DNA from: an uncultured Pelagibacterium sp.
GTDB taxonomy: Bacteria; Pseudomonadota; Alphaproteobacteria; Rhizobiales; Devosiaceae
NCBI GenBank assembly: GCA_964429025.1
Contig: CAYSBF010000002.1
Coordinates: forward strand, 12,249-76,248
Length of the DNA stretch: 64,000 nt
Direction of reading: 5' to 3'
Part shown: piece after piece, positions 27,957 through 37,807 of the stretch
How the letters are laid out: each line of letters starts with the position of its first letter
How positions within the stretch are numbered: the stretch's first letter is position 1
The notes under the pieces: model-generated
Seen by the model: the letters and a program-made list of their open reading frames with translations, nothing else
What the model was told of the DNA's origin: nothing
Databases searched by the model: none
Made by a program: the position numbers and the translations under genes

Positions 27957-28002
27957 CACCTCTCCCTTGGGGGAGAGGTCGACGCGAAGCGACGGGTGAG
28001 GG
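27957..28002. repeat. REP-like palindrome, copy between convergent genes
   Basis: Perfect acctctccc-ttgg-gggagaggt stem, then cgacgcgaagcgacgg and terminal gtgaggg. Confidence 0.75.
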
Positions 28003-28036
28003 AATGAGAGCACTAGCTGCTGAATAGCAACTCTAC

Positions 28037-29308
28037 CTAAACCCAGTCCGGCACGCTATCGAGCCCGATGAGTTGATCGAGCGTCTGGCGCGGGCGGATC
28101 ACGTGCCAGCGTCCGCCCTCAACGAGAACCTCCGGGACCAGCGGGCGCGTATTGTAGGTGCCGGACATTACCGCGCCATAGGCCCCAGCCGTCATGACCG
28201 CAAGAAGATCGCCCTCAGCGACGTCGGCCATCTGGCGGTCAAGGGCGAGATAGTCGCCCGTCTCGCAGACCGGGCCGACGATATCGGCGCGGATGGTCTT
28301 TCTCTCGCCCGGTTCCGGGGCGACCACCGGCAGCACGTCGTGATGGGCCTCATAGAGCGTGGGACGGATGAGATCGTTCATCCCGGCATCAACGATAACG
28401 AAGCTCTTTGACGCGGTCTGTTTCACATATTCGACCCGCGTCACGAGGATGCCCGCATTGCCCGCGATCAGCCGCCCCGGCTCGAGGATCAAAGCGCAGC
28501 CGAGCGGGGCGACATGCCGGCGGACCACTTCTGAATATTCCGCCGGATCGGGCGGCGGGGTGTTGTCCTGCTGGTAGGGTATGCCGAGCCCGCCCCCGAC
28601 ATCGACGTGCCGGATTTCGTGTCCGGCAGCACGCAGCCTTCCGACCAGTTCCGCCAGAAGAGCGAATGCGTTTCCGAATGGTTCGAGATCGGTGATCTGG
28701 CTCCCGATATGCATGTCGACGCCGACAGCATTGAGGTTCCTGCTGGCTGCGATGCGCGCATAGACCGCCTCGGCGCGTTGATAGGGAATGCCGAACTTGT
28801 TTTCGGACTTGCCGGTCGAGATCTTGGCATGGGTTCTGGCATCGACATCGGGATTGACCCGCACCGAAACCGGGGCGACTGTCCCCATCTCGCCGGCCAC
28901 CCGGTCCAGCCGCTCGAGCTCAGGCTCGCTTTCCACGTTAAAGCAGAGAATGCCGGCTCCGAGCCCACGCCTCATCTCGGCCTCGGTCTTGGCGACGCCC
29001 GAAAAGATGATCCTGTCCGGCGCGATCCCGGCCCTGAGCGCCCGTTCGAGTTCGCCAAGCGACACCACATCCGCGCCGGCACCCTCAGCCGCAACGAGCC
29101 TCAGGATCGCCTGATTGGAGTTGGCCTTCATCGCATAGGCCACGAGCGTATCGATCCCGAAAAAGGCCTCGCGCATCACCCGCACATGACGCCTGAAGGT
29201 TGCCGACGAATAGCAGTAAAAGGGCGTGCCGACCTCTTCGGCCAGCGCAGTGAGGTCCACATCCTCGGCGTGGAGATTGCCGTCGCGATAATGGAAATGA
29301 TGGACCAC
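28037..29308 (-). CDS. lysA: Diaminopimelate decarboxylase
   Basis: YAMKAN (PLP lysine), HIGSQI, DVGGG, EPGR, GPVCETGD, GAYG. Confidence 0.95.
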   Translation of the reverse strand: MVHHFHYRDGNLHAEDVDLTALAEEVGTPFYCYSSATFRRHVRVMREAFFGIDTLVAYAMKANSNQAILRLVAAEGAGADVVSLGELERALRAGIAPDRIIFSGVAKTEAEMRRGLGAGILCFNVESEPELERLDRVAGEMGTVAPVSVRVNPDVDARTHAKISTGKSENKFGIPYQRAEAVYARIAASRNLNAVGVDMHIGSQITDLEPFGNAFALLAELVGRLRAAGHEIRHVDVGGGLGIPYQQDNTPPPDPAEYSEVVRRHVAPLGCALILEPGRLIAGNAGILVTRVEYVKQTASKSFVIVDAGMNDLIRPTLYEAHHDVLPVVAPEPGERKTIRADIVGPVCETGDYLALDRQMADVAEGDLLAVMTAGAYGAVMSGTYNTRPLVPEVLVEGGRWHVIRPRQTLDQLIGLDSVPDWV

Positions 29309-29314
29309 TTGCCG

Positions 29315-30703
29315 CTATTCTCCCGCACCCAGCCGCTCGCGCCACAGCGCAACCTGCTTGAGCACATTTGCAGGGGCCGTGCCGCCATAGCTGGTGCGTG
29401 ACTTGACCGAGTTTTCCACCCCCAGCACCTTGTGGACCGCGCTTGTGATGCGTTCATCGATCGCCTTGAAGTCCTCGATCGTCAGCCCCTCGAGGCCGCA
29501 CCCCTTTGCCTCCGCCGCCGCCACGGCGCGGCCGGTAATGTGGTGCGCCTCGCGGAACGGTACATTGGCCGCCCGCACGAGCCAGTCCGCAAGATCGGTG
29601 GCCGTGGAAAACCCAGCGCCGGCCGCGTTTTGCATCTTGTCGCGGTCGACTTCGAGATCACTCACCATGCCAGTCATCGCCGCAAGCGAGAGCGAAAGCG
29701 TGTCGAGCGCGTCGAACGCCACTTCCTTGTCTTCCTGCATGTCCTTGGAATAGGCGAGCGGAAGCCCCTTCATCACCATAAGGAGCGAAGTGAACGCACC
29801 GAAAATCCGCCCCACCTTGGCCCGGATCAGCTCGGCCGCGTCCGGATTGCGCTTTTGCGGCATGATGGACGAGCCGGTCGAGAACTTGTCCGAAAGCCTG
29901 ATAAAGCCGAACTGGGCGGACGACCAGATGACCAGCTCTTCGGAAAAGCGCGAAAGATGCATGGCGCAGATTGAGGTTGCAGCCAGCGTTTCAAGCACGA
30001 AATCGCGGTCCGAGACCGCATCGAGCGAATTGGCCGTCGGCCGGTCGAATCCCAGCTCGTTCGCCGTCATCTCCCGGTCGATCGGAAATGAAGTTCCGGC
30101 AAGCGCCGCCGAGCCAAGCGGGGACTCGTTCAATCGCGCACGCGCATCCAGAAAGCGCCCCCTGTCGCGCGAAAACATTTCCACATAGGCGAGCAGATGA
30201 TGACCGAAGGTTACGGGCTGAGCGCTCTGAAGATGGGTGAAACCGGGCATGACACTGCCCGCTTCCTGCTCCGCCCGCTCCACCAGCACGCGCTGGAGCG
30301 TTTCGATCTGGGCCGCCAGCATGTCAATGCAGTCGCGCACATAGAGCCGGAAATCGGTCGCCACCTGATCATTGCGCGAGCGTGCGGTATGCAGCCGCCC
30401 CGCTGGCTCGCCGATCAGCTCTTTCAACCGGCTCTCGACATTCATGTGAATGTCCTCGAGCGCTCGCGAAAAGGTGAACCTGCCCTGCGCGATCTCGTCG
30501 CGGACCGCCTCTAGACCCGAAATGATGGCGTCTCTATCTTCGCCCGTCAGTATACCGGTGGCGGCCAGCATTTTGGCGTGGGCGATCGAGCCCGCAATGT
30601 CCTGCTTGTAAAGCCGCTGATCGAACCCTATTGAGGCGTTGATCTCTTCCATGATGGCGTCGGGACCGGACGCGAACCGTCCTCCCCACATGCGATTGCT
30701 CAT
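29315..30703 (-). CDS. argH: Argininosuccinate lyase
   Basis: [33 protein letters not shown] signature. Confidence 0.97.
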   Translation of the reverse strand: MSNRMWGGRFASGPDAIMEEINASIGFDQRLYKQDIAGSIAHAKMLAATGILTGEDRDAIISGLEAVRDEIAQGRFTFSRALEDIHMNVESRLKELIGEPAGRLHTARSRNDQVATDFRLYVRDCIDMLAAQIETLQRVLVERAEQEAGSVMPGFTHLQSAQPVTFGHHLLAYVEMFSRDRGRFLDARARLNESPLGSAALAGTSFPIDREMTANELGFDRPTANSLDAVSDRDFVLETLAATSICAMHLSRFSEELVIWSSAQFGFIRLSDKFSTGSSIMPQKRNPDAAELIRAKVGRIFGAFTSLLMVMKGLPLAYSKDMQEDKEVAFDALDTLSLSLAAMTGMVSDLEVDRDKMQNAAGAGFSTATDLADWLVRAANVPFREAHHITGRAVAAAEAKGCGLEGLTIEDFKAIDERITSAVHKVLGVENSVKSRTSYGGTAPANVLKQVALWRERLGAGE

Positions 30704-30744
30704 CGGCGCCCCTAAGATTTCTGGCGGTAACAAACCGGACGGAT

Positions 30745-31392
30745 ATGACCCAAACGCAGACCAAATCCCGCCGCCCGCTCATTCTCGGCGCAGGGCTTTT
30801 CGCTGCGGCGACAGGTATAGCGGCGGCAATCTGGCTTAGCAATGCCGGGACTGGCGCCGCCAATGAGTGTCCGGCCCGGGCCGAGGCCGCTGCCGCGGTC
30901 AATGGCGTTGCCGGAGGCGAGTTGGCCGCCCTCATGCCTTCGAGCCAGTGGCGCAATTATGCCGACCTCGCCTTCATCGACGCCGGGGGCGCCGAGCGCA
31001 CGCTGGCCGATTTCGCGGGCAAGAAGCTGCTGGTCAATTTTTGGGCCACCTGGTGCGCCCCTTGCCGGGAAGAAATGCCCGATCTTGATGCCATCGAGGC
31101 GCGTTTTGGCGGTGAAAATTTCGAGGTCGTCGCCATCAGCCTCGATATCGGGAGTGACGGCCCGGTGGCGGCGCAGGAATTCCTCGAAGAGATCGGCGCT
31201 GAAAATCTGGCGCTTTATGCCGATCCCAGCTACCGCGTCTTCGAGCGCCTGCGCAATGAGGCAGTGACCCTGGGCCTGCCCGCGACAATCCTGCTCGACG
31301 AAAAAGCGTGCGAAATCGCCGTGCTCCAGGGTCCCGCTCACTGGGACAGCGAAGACGGCTATCGCGTGATTGAAGCGCTGCTGGAAATTTGA
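30745..31392 (+). CDS. tlpA: TlpA family thiol:disulfide oxidoreductase
   Basis: N-terminal TM anchor, [17 protein letters not shown]; divergent from argH. Confidence 0.88.
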   Translation: MTQTQTKSRRPLILGAGLFAAATGIAAAIWLSNAGTGAANECPARAEAAAAVNGVAGGELAALMPSSQWRNYADLAFIDAGGAERTLADFAGKKLLVNFWATWCAPCREEMPDLDAIEARFGGENFEVVAISLDIGSDGPVAAQEFLEEIGAENLALYADPSYRVFERLRNEAVTLGLPATILLDEKACEIAVLQGPAHWDSEDGYRVIEALLEI

Positions 31393-31410
31393 GAGGCCGA
31401 ACCGGCCGGG

Positions 31411-31602
31411 TCAGGCGTTCCTGTCCACAAGCCCCTCTGCCGCCTCGATTTCGTTTTGCGGCGCCCTGTGTGCGTCCGCCGCGATGTCAATTGCCATTTG
31501 CGAACGCATCTTCGCCACCAGCGCCAGCATGGTCTGGGGCGAGCGTGCTTCGCCTTTGGCGAGTTGGTGAACGATGGAGGCCGGGGAGTGCTTGATGAGC
31601 AT
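31411..31602 (-). CDS. Small hypothetical protein (about 63 aa)
   Basis: Co-oriented 17 bp after ORF 31620-31802; helical composition; ends EGLVDRNA. TTG 31611 is an alternative start. Confidence 0.5.
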   Translation of the reverse strand: MLIKHSPASIVHQLAKGEARSPQTMLALVAKMRSQMAIDIAADAHRAPQNEIEAAEGLVDRNA

Positions 31603-31619
31603 GGGCGGCAAGCGCCTGC

Positions 31620-31802
31620 TCAGGCGCTCTTGTTGACGATCGTACCGGTGCCGTCGGGCCGTGGGGCGTTCTCGACGGCCTGGGTCAGCATGTTGACGAG
31701 GCTCATCTCCATCTCATGCTGCTTTTTGACCATGGCGATCTGGGCCGTATGCAGGGTCTGGGCCTGCTTTGTGGCCACCAATGCCGGTGCAATATCGCTC
31801 AA
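31620..31802 (-). CDS. Small protein resembling YjfB-type putative motility proteins
   Basis: GGAG RBS with TTG start; pattern Q..Q....QIAMVKKQ.E.E..L...L.....P..G..VNKSA. Confidence 0.65.
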   Translation of the reverse strand: MSDIAPALVATKQAQTLHTAQIAMVKKQHEMEMSLVNMLTQAVENAPRPDGTGTIVNKSA

Positions 31803-31862
31803 CGCACCGCTCCGGAAACTTTGACTGTCCCCCGAGCCTAAGCCTGCGGCCCTAACAAATCC

Positions 31863-32540
31863 TTACCCTGCAGCCAGCGGCTTGCGGCGCCGGAAGACCA
31901 AGACCAGCGCTGCGCCTGCGGCAACCCCGCCGATATGCGCCCACCAGGCGACCCCGTCATCGGTGCCGGCCGAAATGTAAAACAGTTGGGTGAGGATCCA
32001 GATGCCCAGGACTGCCCAGGCCGGCAGGGCCAGCGGAAACATGATGATGATCTTGTTGAGCACGAACACCCGCACATGGGGGTACAGCACGAGATAGGCG
32101 CCGATAATCCCGGCCACCGCCCCGGATGCGCCGACGAGGGGTCCGTAGCTGTCGGGATAGATAACGAGGTGGGCGAGCGCTGCCAGCACCCCGCACAGAA
32201 GGTAGAAGACGAGATATTTCACATGCCCCAGCGCGTCCTCGACATTGTCTCCAAAGACCCAGAGAAACAGCATGTTGGAAAGAAGATGGAAGATGTCGGC
32301 GTGCAGGAATATATAGGAAAGAAGCGTTATCTGGTCCGGCAGCCAGGGCACCGGACCCTCCACCACATTCCGCACCACAACCGGGATCATGCCATATTCG
32401 ACATGCGCCCGGTCGAGTCCGGCCTGCCCGCCGGCCCACTGGACGAGAAAGACGAGCACGGTGACCCCGACAATCCCGTAATTGACGTAAGGGAATTCGA
32501 TATGGGCGATCTTGTTGCTGTCATAGAGCGGCAGGAACAT
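31863..32540 (-). CDS. Rhomboid intramembrane serine protease
   Basis: FLHADIFHLLSNMLFLW.FGDNVE, GASG catalytic Ser, AHIGG catalytic His. Confidence 0.92.
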   Translation of the reverse strand: MFLPLYDSNKIAHIEFPYVNYGIVGVTVLVFLVQWAGGQAGLDRAHVEYGMIPVVVRNVVEGPVPWLPDQITLLSYIFLHADIFHLLSNMLFLWVFGDNVEDALGHVKYLVFYLLCGVLAALAHLVIYPDSYGPLVGASGAVAGIIGAYLVLYPHVRVFVLNKIIIMFPLALPAWAVLGIWILTQLFYISAGTDDGVAWWAHIGGVAAGAALVLVFRRRKPLAAG

Positions 32541-32598
32541 TGCGCAATCCCCTTTAACGCTTCCCGGTCCCTTGGCCCCAGCCCTTGGAGACAGCAGG

Positions 32599-33192
32599 TC
32601 AGCCGGGTCTGTTCTCGCCCGTATGGCGCCCCGGCTCCCAGAGAACATCCTTGGTTCCGTTGGAATTGGCAACCCTTGCCAGAACGAACAGCAGGTCCGA
32701 GAGCCTGTTGAGATAGCGGATGGCTTCGGGGTTGACGTCTGGCTCGGCGCGCCTGAGCCCCACCGTAATCCGCTCGGCGCGGCGCGCCACCGTACGCGCC
32801 AGATGGAGCGCCGCCGCAAGCTGCGTGCCGCCGGGAAGAACGAAGCTCTTGAGCGGCTCGAGCGGGGCGTTGAACATGTCGATCTGGTTTTCCAGCCATT
32901 CGACCTGCCGCCCCGTTATCCGCAAGGCCCTGTATTGCCGCCCTTCGTCCGGACCGGGCGTTGCAAGGTCCGAGCCGAGATCGAAGAGATCGTTCTGGAT
33001 GCGCGAAAGCGTGTGGTCGACCCGGGCCATGTCCCTGGTGTGCAGCCGCGCCAGCCCGATCGCGGCATTGGTCTCATCGACCGTACCATAGGCCTCGACC
33101 CGCAGATCGTCCTTTTGCCGACGCGGCCCGTCAACCAGCCCCGTCGTGCCGTCATCGCCGGTCTTGGTATAGATCTTGTTGAGCTTGACCAT
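32599..33192 (-). CDS. PduO-type cob(I)alamin adenosyltransferase
   Basis: KIYTKTGDDGTT, YGTVDE, ARTVARRAER, YLNRLSD. Confidence 0.93.
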   Translation of the reverse strand: MVKLNKIYTKTGDDGTTGLVDGPRRQKDDLRVEAYGTVDETNAAIGLARLHTRDMARVDHTLSRIQNDLFDLGSDLATPGPDEGRQYRALRITGRQVEWLENQIDMFNAPLEPLKSFVLPGGTQLAAALHLARTVARRAERITVGLRRAEPDVNPEAIRYLNRLSDLLFVLARVANSNGTKDVLWEPGRHTGENRPG

Positions 33193-33199
33193 ATTACGC

Positions 33200-33397
33200 C
33201 TATCGCTGCGGGCCGAAGAAATAGAGCGCGGCCATTAAAAGCGCCACCGCGAGCGCCTGAAGGATCACCCGCGCGCGCATCAGCTTTTGCGAGGTATTGC
33301 CTGACCCGCCCTTGAACATGTTGTAAAGCCCCATGCCGAGCACGACGGCGACCGCGCCGACCGCGAGGACGAGAGCAATATTGACGAGGGCTTCCAT
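33200..33397 (-). CDS. Twin-transmembrane-helix small protein (HIG1-like)
   Basis: Two TM helices with SQKLMRARVILQ. Confidence 0.85.
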   Translation of the reverse strand: MEALVNIALVLAVGAVAVVLGMGLYNMFKGGSGNTSQKLMRARVILQALAVALLMAALYFFGPQR

Positions 33398-33433
33398 ATT
33401 CAAGATCTCCGGCGCCGGGCTTTGCCAGGGCGC

Positions 33434-34366
33434 TTATAGTGTGTCGGGCTCCTCGGGGGATACCATTTTTCCCTTCCCGCTGCCCAGCCAGGCGCTGAGC
33501 AATTCCCCCAATCGGTCGTAAACAGCCCTGATGCGCCGCGAGGTATAAAGCTCGCGGTGGCTGGTGAGCCAGACCTCGAGCGGGGGAATGGGCAGATCGA
33601 GCTCGATCACTTCCATGCCCTCGGTCTCAAGAACAATGTTCTCCTGCGCGAATCCGATCCCGCCCCCGGCCTTGAGCAATTCCCAAAGCGCACTCTGACT
33701 GTCGCAGCGCAGGGAGAAATGCTTGCGCTCGAGCGGATAGCCGAGGGAACGCGCCACCGCGATCAACATGTCCGACCGGTCAAAACCCACAAGATCATGT
33801 TCGGCCAATTCTTCGGGCGATTCGGGCTTGCCGTGCCGGGCGATGTAGTCGCGATGCGCGCAGGCGATGATCGGGCTTTCGCCAAGCTTGCGCGCGATGA
33901 GATCGAGCTGGGTTGGCCGGAACATGCGCACTGCAATATCCGCCTCGCGCATCAAGAGGTTTTCCGCCGAATCGGTCGGCACCAGTTCGAGCGCGATCAA
34001 GGGGTACTCGCTCCGCAACTGCGTCAGTATTTTGGGCAGTGTGTAGTGGGAGGTGACAACGCTCGCCGTGATCCTGACACTTCCCTCGAGCGCCCCGCTT
34101 GCCCCGGCTGCGAATAGCTCGGCTTCCGCAATGGCGCCCGCCGCCTTGCGCACCGGTTCATAGGCCCGCATGCCAAGTTCGGTGGGCGTGAAGCCCGAGA
34201 CGGAGCGCTCGAAGAGCTTCACCCCCAATTGGGCTTCCAGCGCCTCGATATGCCGCCCCACCGTCGGCTGGGACAGGCCCAGCGCCCGTGCGGCCGCCGA
34301 AAGCGAGCCGTGTTCGGCAACGGCGGCAAAGCTGCGCCAAAGGGACCAGTCGGCAATCATATTCAT
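33434..34366 (-). CDS. LysR family transcriptional regulator
   Basis: N-terminal HTH GSLSAAARALGLSQPTVGRHIEALE, LFER; divergent from its likely target gene. Confidence 0.92.
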   Translation of the reverse strand: MNMIADWSLWRSFAAVAEHGSLSAAARALGLSQPTVGRHIEALEAQLGVKLFERSVSGFTPTELGMRAYEPVRKAAGAIAEAELFAAGASGALEGSVRITASVVTSHYTLPKILTQLRSEYPLIALELVPTDSAENLLMREADIAVRMFRPTQLDLIARKLGESPIIACAHRDYIARHGKPESPEELAEHDLVGFDRSDMLIAVARSLGYPLERKHFSLRCDSQSALWELLKAGGGIGFAQENIVLETEGMEVIELDLPIPPLEVWLTSHRELYTSRRIRAVYDRLGELLSAWLGSGKGKMVSPEEPDTL

Positions 34367-34452
34367 TATTGAATACTAATTCTGCAGTTTCTGTCAATTC
34401 TGCTGCAAATGTGAATGATCAAAGATGCTCCTGTCAACATAGGAGCATCACA

Positions 34453-35403
34453 ATGGCAACCGGCACCATCACTATCCTCGGCATCAACGGCGCCATCGGC
34501 CGCGCCACCGCTAAGGCCTTCCTCGCCCGCGGCTGGCGCGTCATCGGCTTTGGCCGGTCCAACAGATTTCCCATTGAAGGCATCGAGTTCGTCAAAGGAG
34601 ACGCACAAAGCATCTCCGACATGAGCGCTGCGACCCGGCAAGCCGATGTGGTCTTCAATGGACTGAACCTCCCCTATCACCAATGGGGTAATGGCGCGGC
34701 CGAAGGCCTGATGGCGCGTGTAATCGCGGCCTGCGGGAGGACCGGCAAGACCCTGCTCTTTCCCGGCAACATCTATAATTATGCCCCCACCGATCGCGTC
34801 CTCACGCCCCAACTGCGCCAGAACCCGCCCACCGAGCGTGGACGCATCCGGGTCGCAATGGAAAAGCAGCTGGCCGATGCCGCCGGGCGCGGCGATGTCC
34901 GCGTCATCATCCTGCGTGCAGGCAATTTCTTCGGCACCGAGACTGGCGGCGATTTCTTCGACCAGTTGATCCTGCGCGAGCTCGCCAAGGGCAAGGTCTG
35001 CCTCAACCCGGCGCGCGGCGTTAAAAATGCCTGGGCCTATCTTCCCGATCTCGGAGAAGCCTTCGCCATTCTTGCCCAACGGCGCGCGGATTTCGCGCCC
35101 TTTGAAAATTTCCACTTCAGGGGACATTTCAAGACCGCTGACGAGACCTTCGCCGCCATTCAGGCGGTGGTACCCCGCAAGCTCGCCCGCACGGCCTATC
35201 CCTGGCTGATGTTCAGGGTGCTGGGCGTCTTCATGCCGATCATCGGAGGGCTCGTCGAAATGCGCTACATCTGGGACTTTGAATTAGGGCTCGAGGACCC
35301 CCGCCTCGACGCCATTCTGGGCGAGGATTTCGGCACGTCCTATCAGGAGGCGATTGCAGACATTGTGCGCCGTCACGCCGCAATGCAGCAGCACGCAGCC
35401 TAG
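34453..35403 (+). CDS. NAD-dependent epimerase/dehydratase (extended SDR)
   Basis: ILGINGAIG Rossmann motif, FPGNIYNY, RAGNFFG, WAYLPD; AGGAG RBS. Confidence 0.85.
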   Translation: MATGTITILGINGAIGRATAKAFLARGWRVIGFGRSNRFPIEGIEFVKGDAQSISDMSAATRQADVVFNGLNLPYHQWGNGAAEGLMARVIAACGRTGKTLLFPGNIYNYAPTDRVLTPQLRQNPPTERGRIRVAMEKQLADAAGRGDVRVIILRAGNFFGTETGGDFFDQLILRELAKGKVCLNPARGVKNAWAYLPDLGEAFAILAQRRADFAPFENFHFRGHFKTADETFAAIQAVVPRKLARTAYPWLMFRVLGVFMPIIGGLVEMRYIWDFELGLEDPRLDAILGEDFGTSYQEAIADIVRRHAAMQQHAA

Positions 35404-36257
35404 AATCCCAGCTCTGCCCTCACTTTCTCCGGCGTCCAGCCTTGCGCGCGCAACGCGCGCAGGCTGGTCGAGCCTTTGGATTTGGAGAGCTTTTCCCGAT
35501 CCTCGTCGACGATCAGCGCATGGTGGCAGTAAAGCGGCCCGGGCAGATCAAGCAACGCCTGGAGCAGCACATGGATGTCGGTTGCGGCATGAAGGTCCAT
35601 GCCGCGCGTGACATGGGTTACGCCCTGCGCGGCATCGTCGACAACAACCGAAAGATGATAGCTTGTGGGAGTGTCCTTGCGCACGATCACGACATCGCCC
35701 CACCGAGCCGGATTGGCCCTGCGCGAGGAGATTGGTGCGGAAGGGTCGGGCTGGGTCTCGCGGATGACGGTTGCACCGGCTTCGGAGATCGCCTTTTCCA
35801 TATCGAGCCGCCATTGCACGGGCACGCCGCGCTCCAGACGCGACGCACGCTCCCCGGCGCTAAGACCTCTGCACGTTCCGGGATAGAGCGGCGCGCCTTC
35901 GGGGTCGGTCGCCTTGCCTGCCGCCACTCGAATTTCAGCGCGCGAGCAGAAGCACGGATAGAGCAATCCTCTCGTCCTCAACCCGTCAGCCGCACGGGCA
36001 TAGTCCGCAAAATGCTCCGACTGCCGCCGCACCGGTTCGGGCCAGGAAAGACCAAGCCAGTTGAGGTCATCATGGACGGCTGCGACGAATTCGGGCCGGC
36101 AGCGCGCAGTATCGATGTCCTCCATGCGCAGCAGCATGGTTCCGCCCGATTGTTCTGCCCAATGCGCGGTAAACAGCGCCGAATAGGCGTGACCGAGATG
36201 CAGATAGCCATTCGGGCTTGGCGCGAAGCGGAAAATCGGATGAGATGACCCGGACAT
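35400..36257 (-). CDS. gluQ: tRNA glutamyl-Q(34) synthetase GluQRS
   Basis: RFAPSPNGYLHLGH, C.CSR zinc motif, KLSKS; no anticodon-binding domain. Confidence 0.9.
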   Translation of the reverse strand: MSGSSHPIFRFAPSPNGYLHLGHAYSALFTAHWAEQSGGTMLLRMEDIDTARCRPEFVAAVHDDLNWLGLSWPEPVRRQSEHFADYARAADGLRTRGLLYPCFCSRAEIRVAAGKATDPEGAPLYPGTCRGLSAGERASRLERGVPVQWRLDMEKAISEAGATVIRETQPDPSAPISSRRANPARWGDVVIVRKDTPTSYHLSVVVDDAAQGVTHVTRGMDLHAATDIHVLLQALLDLPGPLYCHHALIVDEDREKLSKSKGSTSLRALRAQGWTPEKVRAELGF

Positions 36258-36302
36258 GTCCCTCCTGCGCAAATACGGCCTTTGTCGGCCACGGCTCCTA
36301 GC

Positions 36303-36962
36303 ATGACGTTCCTCTCCGCTCCAGCGCGACTCGATTCGGCCGAGGCGCTTGCGATCCACCTTGAGGGACTCGCTGCGCGCGATGAGCGCCTTGCCATTGC
36401 CATTGCGCGGGCTGGCGAGGTGAGACTGCGCGACACTCCGCGCGGCTTTGAAGGCATGGCCCGCATCATCTGCGGCCAGCAGCTTTCAGTGGCTTCGGCA
36501 CGCGCGATCTGGGGCCGCGTAGAGGCGCTGGGTGCAGTGACGCCACAAGCCTATCTCGCGCTCGACGAGCCAACGCTGCGCGCCACAGGCCTTTCGGGCG
36601 GAAAATATGAGACGATCCGGGGCTTGGCCCTTGCCTGCGCCCAAGGGCAGCTCGATTTCGAGACGATCGACATGCTCCCGCCCGAGGAGGCAATCGAGGC
36701 GCTGATTCGGCTCAAGGGCATCGGCCCTTGGACCGCCGAGATCTATCTCCTGTTCTGCGCGGGCCACCCCGACATCTTTCCCGCCGGCGATCTGGCGCTG
36801 CAGAAGGCGGTCGAGCACGCCTTCTCGCTTCCTGCGCGCCCCGCCATCAAGGAGTTGATCGCGCTTGCCGAGCCCTGGTCGCCCCATCGCGGCGCGGCTG
36901 CGCTGATGTTCTGGCGCTATTTCGCCGCCATGAAGAATGCCGATGCGTGGGAAGCGCTCTGA
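36303..36962 (+). CDS. alkA: DNA-3-methyladenine glycosylase II (AlkA family)
   Basis: QQLSVASA, HhH LKGIGPWTAE, DIFPAGD. Confidence 0.85.
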   Translation: MTFLSAPARLDSAEALAIHLEGLAARDERLAIAIARAGEVRLRDTPRGFEGMARIICGQQLSVASARAIWGRVEALGAVTPQAYLALDEPTLRATGLSGGKYETIRGLALACAQGQLDFETIDMLPPEEAIEALIRLKGIGPWTAEIYLLFCAGHPDIFPAGDLALQKAVEHAFSLPARPAIKELIALAEPWSPHRGAAALMFWRYFAAMKNADAWEAL

Positions 36963-36976
36963 ACCAGAGGACGAAA

Positions 36977-37630
36977 ATGACTGACCCTGTAAAACTCTCC
37001 GGCCCCATGCTGCCCCCCGCCTCGGGAACGGCGCGCCAGCTTGTTGTGCTTTTGCACGGCTATGGCTCGGACGGACGTGATCTTATCGCGCTGGGCCAGT
37101 ATTGGCGCAGCACCTTTCCCGATGCTATGTTCGTTGCGCCCAATGCTCACGAGGTGTGCGGCGGCAACCCCTATGGCTATCAGTGGTTTCCGCTCGACCT
37201 CGACCGCGACATCGCCCGCCTTGTCGGGGCAGAAGTGGCTCGGCCCGTTATCACGGGTTTTCTGGAAGATCTCTGGGACCAATCCGGTCTCGGTCCCTCA
37301 GACACGGTGTTGGCCGGCTTCTCGCAAGGGGCCATGATGGCGCTCGATACAGGCCTCCGTCTCCAAGACCCTCTCAGGGGCATCATCGCCTTTTCAGGCA
37401 TGATCATATCGCCTGAACGGCTCGAGGCGGAGCTGGCTTCGAGGCCGCCCGTTCTGCTCATTCACGGCGATGAGGACGAGGTCGTGCCGGTTCAGGGAAG
37501 CGAAGCGGCGTTGCCGCTGCTTACCGGGCTTGGCGTCCCGACCGAGCTCCATATCAGCCGCGGCGCAGGTCATACCATCGCCCAGGACGGACTTGATGCT
37601 GCGACCGCCTTCCTCAGGACCCATCTTTAA
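36977..37630 (+). CDS. Phospholipase/carboxylesterase (alpha/beta hydrolase)
   Basis: LHGYG, GFSQG nucleophile, HG..D.VV, GHTI. Confidence 0.88.
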   Translation: MTDPVKLSGPMLPPASGTARQLVVLLHGYGSDGRDLIALGQYWRSTFPDAMFVAPNAHEVCGGNPYGYQWFPLDLDRDIARLVGAEVARPVITGFLEDLWDQSGLGPSDTVLAGFSQGAMMALDTGLRLQDPLRGIIAFSGMIISPERLEAELASRPPVLLIHGDEDEVVPVQGSEAALPLLTGLGVPTELHISRGAGHTIAQDGLDAATAFLRTHL

Positions 37631-37807
37631 ATTCGTTAACAAAAATCTTCACAGCACTGTCACTTAGCGCATAGAATATGGCGGTGGATTCGTTTGGCTC
37701 TTCTGGCCAATCCCGGTCCGGACGAGCCGGGCGCCTCCCGATTGTGAGTGCGCGCCAGTGGGCTTTTGACTGCCGTTCGGGTGCGCCCAAAGTGCCCGGA
37801 GACCCGC

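Noticed and set aside
34361-34374. ATTCA-N4-TGAAT dyad between lysR and the epimerase gene
   Set aside because: Plausibly the LysR site but ordinary for a divergent LTTR pair, and the spacing is non-canonical; not reported as a finding.
37625-37640. CTTT-N7-TTAAC upstream of the HNH gene
   Set aside because: Only 6/8 match to CtrA and overlaps a stop codon; insufficient evidence.
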